This document shows, piece by piece, positions 9,034 through 15,836 of a stretch of 32,000 bases of DNA (positions are counted from its first letter, which is position 1; the number at the start of each line of letters is the position of its first letter). This stretch comes from an uncultured Elusimicrobia bacterium (GTDB taxonomy: Bacteria; Elusimicrobiota; Elusimicrobia; 2-01-FULL-59-12). Under the pieces are notes generated by a model. The model searched no databases. It was not told the DNA's origin and worked only from the letters and a program-made list of their open reading frames with translations. The position numbers were made by a program, and so were the translations under genes. Location of the stretch: the NCBI GenBank assembly GCA_964441955.1, contig CAYTWA010000002.1:137170-169169 (forward strand), in the 5' to 3' direction.

Positions 9034-10518
9034 ATGAAGCGAACGTCCCTTATTGGCTGCATGACTGCGATGCTCCTCGTCGCGGGGTCCATCTTCTCTT
9101 GGGCCAAACTTGAGCGTGAACAATTGGCCATTGAAAGCCAACTGCAAAACCGCATCGAGGGCATTTTGTCGAAAACCCTACCCGCGAACAGCTATTTGGT
9201 CACCGTCAAAGTGGAGATGGATACGACCTCCAAGCCGGTAGGGGGGCGCGCCGCGCGCGCCTCGCGAAATGGAAAAAACCCGTTTTCTTCTCAAAGCCAG
9301 TTCGTCCTACCCGGGGTGCCTCAAAAGAAAGAATTCATCATGCAGGATGAAAAACCCGTGGAGGAAACCGCGGATATTTTCGAAACCGAAACGTTGGTCC
9401 GCCGTATCCTCATTACCATCTTGGTGGCGCCGGACATTGCCGCGGATCAAGTTCGCGGCCTTCGGGAAGTGGTGCAAGCCAGCATCCCATTTAACCCGCT
9501 GCGCGGTGATGAGCTCCAAATTCAAAATTCCAACCTTTTAAAACCGGTTAATCCCAGCAGCGCCAATTCCAAAAATACGCCAGCAGGCCAAACGCCTTCG
9601 CGCAGCGCTCTTTTTGACCGAGCCAATGCGCCTCTTTGGATTTTATTTGGTGTGATCGGCACGTTGTTCATCATCTTCTTGGCTTTTTTGTTTGGTCCAG
9701 TACGCAGTTTTTTGAACCGTCTCTTGGCGGTTTTGCCGCGCGTGGGCGAACAAGCCGCTTATGCCGTCAACAATGCTCCGGCCAAATCGGGAATGGCAGG
9801 AGGGAACGGGAATGGCACGCTCAATGGAACCCTCCAATCTCGGCGGAATGGGACGGACGTAGACGAGGGCCCATTCCGCTTTATTCGCGAGGACCAACTG
9901 AACAAACTTCCCATTCTTTTACGCCAAATGCCGCCCGCGCAGGCGGCTATTGTGGTGGCTTACCTGCCGCCGGAGTGGGCCAGTAAAATGTTTAGCGCTT
10001 TGGATTCCGGGGCGCAGGGGGCGATTATGGGCGAGCTGGCCCAAGCGCGCGAAGTCCCGGCAGAAACCGTCAAAGAAGTGGAAGCGTTTGTGAAGGGAAA
10101 ATTGCCGTATTTAGTCGGCGGGGTGGATTGGGTCCAGTCGGTCTATCAATTAACCCAGCCGCAAACCCAACGGGCGTTGTTAGGGTCGCTGGCGCAGCAG
10201 TCTCCTGATTTAGCGCAAAACCTACGTCGTAAAACATTTTTCTTTGAAGATGTGGCGGTCTTGCCGGCGGGTGCGATGCGTCTTTTGGTCGCCGAAGCGG
10301 GTTACCCGGCGCTTGCTCAAGCCCTGCGCAGTGAAAAAGTGGAATTTCGAAACAGCGTGCTTGTACGCTTGCCCGCCGCCACCCGCGAAATTATTCTTCA
10401 GGAACTCGAATTATCCGGCGAGGACCGCGCCGCGACCACCGAAGCTAAAGTCAAAATCGTCAACTTGGGCCAGCGTCTTTTAATGGACGGCCGCATCCAG
10501 CTGCCGGAGAGGAAATAA
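9034..10518 (+). CDS. FliF-FliG-like fusion: N-terminal TM, single FliF RBM3-like domain, second TM, FliG-like cytoplasmic region
   Basis: FliF-like LQNRIEGILSKTLPANSYLVTVKVEMDT ... LVRRILITILVAPDIAADQVRGLREVVQASIPFNPLRGDELQIQNSNL; TM PLWILFGVIGTLFIIFLAFLFG; FliG-like LRRKTFFFEDVAVLPAGAMRLLV...ALRSEKVEFRNSVLVRLPAATREIILQELELSG...AKVKIVNLGQRLLMDGRIQLPE. Confidence 0.75.
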   Translation: MKRTSLIGCMTAMLLVAGSIFSWAKLEREQLAIESQLQNRIEGILSKTLPANSYLVTVKVEMDTTSKPVGGRAARASRNGKNPFSSQSQFVLPGVPQKKEFIMQDEKPVEETADIFETETLVRRILITILVAPDIAADQVRGLREVVQASIPFNPLRGDELQIQNSNLLKPVNPSSANSKNTPAGQTPSRSALFDRANAPLWILFGVIGTLFIIFLAFLFGPVRSFLNRLLAVLPRVGEQAAYAVNNAPAKSGMAGGNGNGTLNGTLQSRRNGTDVDEGPFRFIREDQLNKLPILLRQMPPAQAAIVVAYLPPEWASKMFSALDSGAQGAIMGELAQAREVPAETVKEVEAFVKGKLPYLVGGVDWVQSVYQLTQPQTQRALLGSLAQQSPDLAQNLRRKTFFFEDVAVLPAGAMRLLVAEAGYPALAQALRSEKVEFRNSVLVRLPAATREIILQELELSGEDRAATTEAKVKIVNLGQRLLMDGRIQLPERK

Positions 10519-10521
10519 TTT

Positions 10522-11349
10522 ATGGATTGGGTTACCCTTTTAGGCTACGTGATCGGGTTTGGCACCGTGGGTTTTGTGCTTATTTCCGGCAATTCGCTGG
10601 GGCTCATTTTTAACGCGCACGCTATTATCTTGGTGTTTGGGGGGACGGCTGGTAGCGTACTGCTAAGTTTCCCCGGTCCGATTTTGGCGCAAGCGGTCAG
10701 GGCTTTTCGGGTATTCCTGTTCCCGGGCCGGCGCCCGGAAGCGACCGCCGTCATTAATTTGTTGATGCGTTTTTCGGAAAAAGCGCGCCGCCAAAACCTC
10801 GAAAGTCTGGAGGGGGACGTGGCCTCGGTTCGAATTCCCTTTCTAGCCAATGGGCTGCGCATGGTGTTGGACGGCTTACCCGCGGAGATGGTGCGCAGCA
10901 ACCTTATTAAGGAAATACGTTTCTCGCGCGACCGGCATGCCCAAGTGGCCAACGTGTTTAGAAGTGCGGCGTCCTATGCCCCGATCTTTGGTTTGCTCGG
11001 CACGCTAGTCGGCGTGGTCCAGGTGCTCATGACTTTAACCGACCCTAAAACCATCGGCGCATCCATGGCCATTGCCATGACGGCCACGTTTTATGGAATT
11101 TTTGCGGCTAACTTTTTATTTTTGCCGGTGGCGGGCAAATTGAATGTTTACGCCCAAGAGGAAACCTTTTTGCAGGAACTGATGATCGAGGGCATTTTGG
11201 CCATCGGCCAAAACGAAGTCCCCGCCCTGGTCTTTAGAAAACTCCAAGGATTCGCGGAAGCACACAAACGCGATCAATTGGCGGCTGGACGCCTGGGAGC
11301 CGTGGGGGACGCGGCTCCCGGCGCCGGCGGCCGTCGTGAGGCGGCATGA
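10522..11349 (+). CDS. motA: MotA-like stator/proton-channel protein
   Basis: HAIILVFGGTAGSVLLSFP, FRSAASYAPIFGLLGTLVGVVQVL, MAIAMTATFYGIFAANFLFLPVAGKL: canonical MotA helices. Confidence 0.9.
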   Translation: MDWVTLLGYVIGFGTVGFVLISGNSLGLIFNAHAIILVFGGTAGSVLLSFPGPILAQAVRAFRVFLFPGRRPEATAVINLLMRFSEKARRQNLESLEGDVASVRIPFLANGLRMVLDGLPAEMVRSNLIKEIRFSRDRHAQVANVFRSAASYAPIFGLLGTLVGVVQVLMTLTDPKTIGASMAIAMTATFYGIFAANFLFLPVAGKLNVYAQEETFLQELMIEGILAIGQNEVPALVFRKLQGFAEAHKRDQLAAGRLGAVGDAAPGAGGRREAA

Positions 11350-11981
11350 TTGAAAAACTGGGTCCCATTTTTGTTGAACGCCGAAACCAATACATTTGGC
11401 TGACGATCTACTCCGATCTCATCACGAACCTCTTTTTGCTGTTCCTAAGTCTTTTCGCCTTGTCCTATTTCGGTCCGGACGCCCTTCAAGATGCGATGGC
11501 TTCCATGAAAACTCGCCTTGAATACCAAAAGAAGGCCGCCCCCTGGTACGCGGATTTGGCGCACAACCTCAAAATGGTTTCTGACCAAGATGCGCCGATT
11601 GTGGCGCGTGAAGACCGCTTGCAGATGGCCCTTCCGGAAGAGGTGTTGTTCGGCGCGGGAGCAGGAGAGCTTCGCACGCAGGACCAGCTCGTGCTGCATG
11701 GCTTGGCTAATGCCCTGCGAAACGTTCCGTACACCGTTTTGGTGGAAGGCCATACGGATGACACGCCGCTTAAGGCCGGAAGTCGTTACGCGTCCAATTG
11801 GGAGTTATCGATGGCTCGGGCAATGGCGGTGGTCCGCTATTTGGTCAAGGTGGAACGCATGCCTCCAGAGCGGGTGGGGCTTGCCGCTTTTGGAGAACAC
11901 CACCCCCGCGTGCCCAACCTCTCGGAGGAAAACCGCGCGATGAACCGGCGCATCGAAATCAGCGTGCTGCGTTATGAATGA
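11346..11981 (+). CDS. MotB-like protein 1 (N-terminal TM with Asp + OmpA-like peptidoglycan-binding domain)
   Basis: YIWLTIYSDLITNLFLLFLSLFALSYF; VLVEGHTDDTPLKAGSRYASNWELSMARAMAVVRYLVKVERMPPERVGLAAFGEHHPRVPN. Confidence 0.88.
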   Translation: MIEKLGPIFVERRNQYIWLTIYSDLITNLFLLFLSLFALSYFGPDALQDAMASMKTRLEYQKKAAPWYADLAHNLKMVSDQDAPIVAREDRLQMALPEEVLFGAGAGELRTQDQLVLHGLANALRNVPYTVLVEGHTDDTPLKAGSRYASNWELSMARAMAVVRYLVKVERMPPERVGLAAFGEHHPRVPNLSEENRAMNRRIEISVLRYE

Positions 11982-12609
11982 GGATTTTGCCAACCCCTAC
12001 AAGCCCCTCATTGACGAGGATCGGTCCGAAGAAATAAGCCACCTTTGGATTGTTTCGTACAGCGACTTTATGACCATTTTGATGATTTTTTTTCTGATGT
12101 GTTTTGCGCACCGCGTCTGGGAGAAAAAAGTGTTTTTCGAAGACCAAAAAATCCGGCGCGAGCGCGCCATCCGGGAAGTTCAAGACGGCATGGTTCGACG
12201 GTTGGACCGTTTAAGTACCATCGACGTCCAAGCCGAGCGCATCGATATCCACCTGCCCGATTCGCTTCTTTTTTCCGGGGGGCAGTCCGACATGCGGGGC
12301 GCCGCTAAATTGCTGCTGGCCGACATTGTGCCCGACCTTAAGAAATTCAAAGGCGACATTATTGTGGAAGGCCATACGGACGATTTGCCCTTAGGTCGTC
12401 ATTCGCATTTCGGTTCAAACTGGGAGCTTTCAACGGCGCGCGCCTTCAGTGTGATCAAATTTCTCGAGCAGGAAGGGGTTGACCCCGGAAAAATGTCGGC
12501 GCGAGGCTACGGCGAATACCGTCCACGCGTGCCCAACATTTCGCCCGAAAACCGGGCCGAAAACCGGCGCATTGAATTGATTCTGCTCAACCCCAGGAAA
12601 GACGGTTAA
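11974..12609 (+). CDS. MotB-like protein 2, divergent paralogue of the preceding gene
   Basis: HLWIVSYSDFMTILMIFFLMCFAH; IIVEGHTDDLPLGRHSHFGSNWELSTARAFSVIKFLEQEGVDPGKMSARGYGEYRPRVPN. Confidence 0.9.
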   Translation: MNEDFANPYKPLIDEDRSEEISHLWIVSYSDFMTILMIFFLMCFAHRVWEKKVFFEDQKIRRERAIREVQDGMVRRLDRLSTIDVQAERIDIHLPDSLLFSGGQSDMRGAAKLLLADIVPDLKKFKGDIIVEGHTDDLPLGRHSHFGSNWELSTARAFSVIKFLEQEGVDPGKMSARGYGEYRPRVPNISPENRAENRRIELILLNPRKDG

Positions 12610-12611
12610 TC

Positions 12612-14723
12612 ATGCCTAAAAAATGGTTTCTGATCATTTTGGCCATCGTGGTCATCCCCGTGACGATGACTTCATGGAAGGTGATTCAGTATGCCCGGGA
12701 ATCCAAAAGTCAGATTTACGAGCTCCACCGGCATATTGTAACGGCCTTGGCGCTCAATACGACCGCTTACTTCCAGCAGCTCAACATGCGCTTGGCCTTC
12801 GCGCCATTGTTGTCGCGTGCCAAAGGGTGGGGGGAACAAGTGGCGGTGCTCAATAACGCTTTGTTGTCAAATAGCGACTTTTCCTGCGTGGCCGTCATCG
12901 ATGCTTCCGGAAAGGAATTGGCCAAAGCCTTCGATATTAAAGCGCGGGGTTTCGCTCCGGCGCTAACCCGCGGAAACGATCCCTTTTTTCAAAAGGTGAG
13001 CCGCACGCGCAACGCCGATACGGGACCCGTTTATGAGCGCGACGGCATTTCCTATTTCGACGTTTTGTATCCGCTCGCCTCCGGGCAAATGTTGATGGTG
13101 GCGATTCGCTGGGAGGGCTTAAAAAAGGTGCTCTTCGACCAAAAAGTCGGACAAGAAGGCTACATCCGCCTGTTGGATGAAGAGGGCCGCATCGTCGGGG
13201 ATTCGCTCAACAGCCACGTGGGAAAGACGGTTTCTGATTGGTATTTTTTTCAAGATCGAAAAGAAAACGCAGCCCCTTGGTTCGGCGAATTCGACGATAC
13301 GCAAAAGGTCCCCTCTGTGGGGGCTGGGCAGTGGATCGCGGGTGCTGGGTGGTTTGTGCTTTCGGCGCAACCCCAATCGGAAGCTTATGCCAAAACGCGG
13401 GACTTGCGAAACAAAGCCTTCCTCTGGATGGCCGGCAGTTTCGTCGGGGTTTGTTTTTTTGGTTATTTTTGGGTCATGCACATCAGCCGCCCGATCACTC
13501 GCTTAGCGGCGGGTGTCACGAACGTGGCGCGAAGGCGCTTTGACCAGCACGTCCCGGAAGACTACGGCCTCGAAGAATTCCGCGCTTTAGGGCAGGCGTT
13601 TAACCGGATGATGACGGAACTTAAAAGCTACAACGACTTGCAGGTTGAAAAAATTATTGAAGAACAAACCACGAGCAAATCCCTTCTCTTTAACATCCGT
13701 GACGGCATCGTGATGATTAACGAAAAAAGCGAAATTCTTTTCGCCAATGACCCAGCCAAACAATGGACCAAAGACACCGCGGGCCGTGGAAAAGAGGACT
13801 TCAATAAATCGTGGGCTTCCTTACAAGAGTACCCGCCTTGGATGGACCTGTTGCAGCCCGTTTTAGATGGGGAAAAAGCTAGCTCTTCAGAAGAGTTCGA
13901 ATTTCCCGTGCAAGGCCGTCCCCGGTGGGCCCGCGTATTGGCCCAACCTGTTTCCACGGAATCTGGACGACGGTTGGGCATCATGGTGTTTATTCGAGAC
14001 ATTACCCAAGACAAAGAGTTGGACCGCATGAAAGAAGACTTTTTTAACGGGATCACGCATGACTTGCGTACGCCGCTGGCGGCGACGATCGGTTACTTGG
14101 GGTTGTCCGAGCTTCAGGTGCCCCAAGGCGAACAGGAACTGAGCAAATTGGTGAGTTCCGCGCGGCAATCGGCCAAGCGCGCGCTGGGGCTCGTAGAAAC
14201 CATTTTAAGTTTGGCGCGCTTGCAGGCCGGAAAACTGAACCTTAATTTTTCGCCCGTTCAGATCAAAGGGGTGTTGGAAAAAATTGCCGGGGATTTGCGT
14301 TTCCATGCGGAAGCCAAAAAAATCCACTTAAGCGCCGAATGTTTAGATGAGAAACTTTGGGTCAATGCCGATGCCGGTATGATCGACCGCGTGATCGAAA
14401 ACTTAACCGGAAACGCCATCAAATACACGATGGAAGGCGGGTGGGTGAAACTCTCCGCCAAGGCGGTGGATGAGGGCGTCATGATCTCCATCCAAGACAA
14501 TGGCCGAGGAATCCCTCCGGAGGCCATAAAAAAACTTTTTGGCAAATTCCAGCAAGTGAAAGCCGAAGACCGCGCTGTAGGATTCGGTATCGGGTTGTCC
14601 TTCTCGAAAGGGATTGTAGAAGCCCACGGGAGCGCCATCGATGTAGAGTCGGAAGTCGGTAAAGGGAGCCATTTTCACTTTACGTTGCAGCGCGCCCAAG
14701 CCCCCGCCGCCAAAGCCGCTTAG
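12612..14723 (+). CDS. Membrane sensor histidine kinase: extracytoplasmic sensor, HAMP, PAS, HisKA, HATPase_c
   Basis: TM segments near the N-terminus and around aa 275, HAMP-like MHISRPITRLAAGV, H-box FNGITHDLRTPLAATIGYL, N-box NLTGNAIKYTMEGG, G boxes IQDNGRGIPPE and GFGIGLSFSKGIVEAHG. No adjacent response regulator. Confidence 0.93.
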   Translation: MPKKWFLIILAIVVIPVTMTSWKVIQYARESKSQIYELHRHIVTALALNTTAYFQQLNMRLAFAPLLSRAKGWGEQVAVLNNALLSNSDFSCVAVIDASGKELAKAFDIKARGFAPALTRGNDPFFQKVSRTRNADTGPVYERDGISYFDVLYPLASGQMLMVAIRWEGLKKVLFDQKVGQEGYIRLLDEEGRIVGDSLNSHVGKTVSDWYFFQDRKENAAPWFGEFDDTQKVPSVGAGQWIAGAGWFVLSAQPQSEAYAKTRDLRNKAFLWMAGSFVGVCFFGYFWVMHISRPITRLAAGVTNVARRRFDQHVPEDYGLEEFRALGQAFNRMMTELKSYNDLQVEKIIEEQTTSKSLLFNIRDGIVMINEKSEILFANDPAKQWTKDTAGRGKEDFNKSWASLQEYPPWMDLLQPVLDGEKASSSEEFEFPVQGRPRWARVLAQPVSTESGRRLGIMVFIRDITQDKELDRMKEDFFNGITHDLRTPLAATIGYLGLSELQVPQGEQELSKLVSSARQSAKRALGLVETILSLARLQAGKLNLNFSPVQIKGVLEKIAGDLRFHAEAKKIHLSAECLDEKLWVNADAGMIDRVIENLTGNAIKYTMEGGWVKLSAKAVDEGVMISIQDNGRGIPPEAIKKLFGKFQQVKAEDRAVGFGIGLSFSKGIVEAHGSAIDVESEVGKGSHFHFTLQRAQAPAAKAA

Positions 14724-14774
14724 GTCTGGAATCCTAATTTGTGACTTCAAAAGTCTGAGTGGCATAATGTAGGC

Positions 14775-14957
14775 GTGTCCCTTGAAACCCATTCTGTTCA
14801 GTGTCCCTACTGTGGCGAGACCATCGAAATAGATGTGGAGCCGTTAGAAGAAACCCAATCCCTCATCGAAGATTGCACCGTTTGCTGCCGCCCGGTGCAG
14901 TATGAAGTCACATCAACAGACGAAGGCATCGAAGTAACGGCCGCTCGCTCGGACTGA
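14775..14957 (+). CDS. CPXCG motif-containing cysteine-rich small protein
   Basis: VQCPYCGETIEIDVEP...EDCTVCCRPVQYEV; GTG start. Confidence 0.85.
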   Translation: MSLETHSVQCPYCGETIEIDVEPLEETQSLIEDCTVCCRPVQYEVTSTDEGIEVTAARSD

Positions 14958-14981
14958 CGGCGAGACCTTAAACGGCAGAAA

Positions 14982-15369
14982 GGGCGGTAAGCCTTGACGA
15001 CGGTAAGCCTTGAAGGCAGCGAAAGGAAACAATTTTTTAGAAAGACACAAACCGGCGTGGCCTGATCAATGCGTTCCTCAATGCTAATTCCACTGGCTGC
15101 CGTTTAGGCATACCGCCCCCCAGGTTTACCGCCGTCTGGTGTTGGAGAGACTCGGCTACCTCGAAGGTCGAGACGGGGCGGTACGCCTTGACGACGGTAA
15201 GCCTTGAAGGCAGCGAAAGGAAACAATTTTTTAGAAAGACACAAACCGGCGTGGCCTGATCAATGCGTTCCTCAATGCTAATTCCACTGGCTGCCGTTTA
15301 GGCATACCGCCCCCCAGGTTTACCGCCGTCTGGTGTTGGAGAGACTCAGCTACCTCGAAGGTCGAGACG
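14982..15369. repeat. Tandem duplication, two copies of a 194-bp unit (14982-15175, 15176-15369), 2 mismatches seen by eye
   Basis: Same sequence '...gccttgacgacggtaagccttgaaggcagcgaaaggaaacaattttttagaaagacacaaaccgg...' twice at offset 194; differences at 14990/15184 and 15154/15348. Confidence 0.93.
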
Positions 15370-15538
15370 GGGGCGTGGGGGGCGTCTTACGTTTGGGGAT
15401 GGGAAGGCAAATGCAGCCGCTAAAGCCGCACCCCATGCAGCAGTAATTCTTTTTGCCGATTTGAAAACCTTGTGCGGTGGCCCAGCGGGACTTCTTTAAA
15501 TTGCAGTTAGTACAGGCGGCCATGGCGCATTGTAGCAT
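15350..15538 (-). CDS. Small cysteine-rich, possibly metal-binding protein (longer ORF extends to 15634)
   Basis: MLQCAMAACTNCNLKKSRWATAQGFQIGKKNYCCMGCGFSGCICLPIPK: eight Cys, including a YCCxxC cluster reminiscent of bacterial metallothioneins. Confidence 0.5.
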   Translation of the reverse strand: MLQCAMAACTNCNLKKSRWATAQGFQIGKKNYCCMGCGFSGCICLPIPKRKTPPTPPSRPSR

Positions 15539-15548
15539 CTGCCGGAAG

Positions 15549-15722
15549 GCGTTCGGGGGGATAACAACGTTTAAGGACAGCAAAGCGTTCAGGGTCCTGA
15601 CGGCGTTCAGGGACACACAAGCGTTCAGATTCAAAACGTCGTTCTTCGTTGAACGCCGTCATGCCTCTGAACGCCTTTGCGTCCCCGAACGCCGTCAAGT
15701 CATTGAACGTCGTTGTAAGTTG
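15549..15722. repeat. Period-18 degenerate motif array that inverts at its centre (GCGTTC units, then GAACGC units)
   Basis: GCGTTC-like 6-mers begin at 15549, 15567, 15585, 15603, 15621 and 15639; GAACGC-like 6-mers begin at 15651, 15669, 15687 and 15705. Arms 15599-15644/15651-15696 pair at 37/46 positions. Confidence 0.88.
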
Positions 15723-15836
15723 TTTTAAGGCCCAGGGCCCTTCAGGCTCATTTTTCCAGCCCTTTCGCTCATTGGCCATTCCCTCGCGTTTGCCTATAGT
15801 CCCTCGCGTCTGCACCAAATAAAAGGCAACCTTACT

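Noticed and set aside
9034-12609. Ordinary flagellar operon
   Set aside because: Only rotor-like fusion and stator-like genes are present, FliF lacks most of its ring domains, and no export, rod, hook or filament genes are seen in the window. Cannot exclude them elsewhere in the genome.
13628-14056. Antisense ORF within the histidine kinase gene
   Set aside because: Lies opposite a well-supported coding domain and has no recognisable motif.
14982-15369. Treating the 194-bp tandem repeat as an assembly artefact
   Set aside because: Two base differences between copies argue against a pure artefact, but raw reads are needed to be sure.
15549-15722. CRISPR array candidate because of regular spacing
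   Set aside because: Conserved part is only about 6 nt, spacing is 18 nt, and orientation flips midway. This is unlike a CRISPR repeat-spacer layout, and no cas gene is present.
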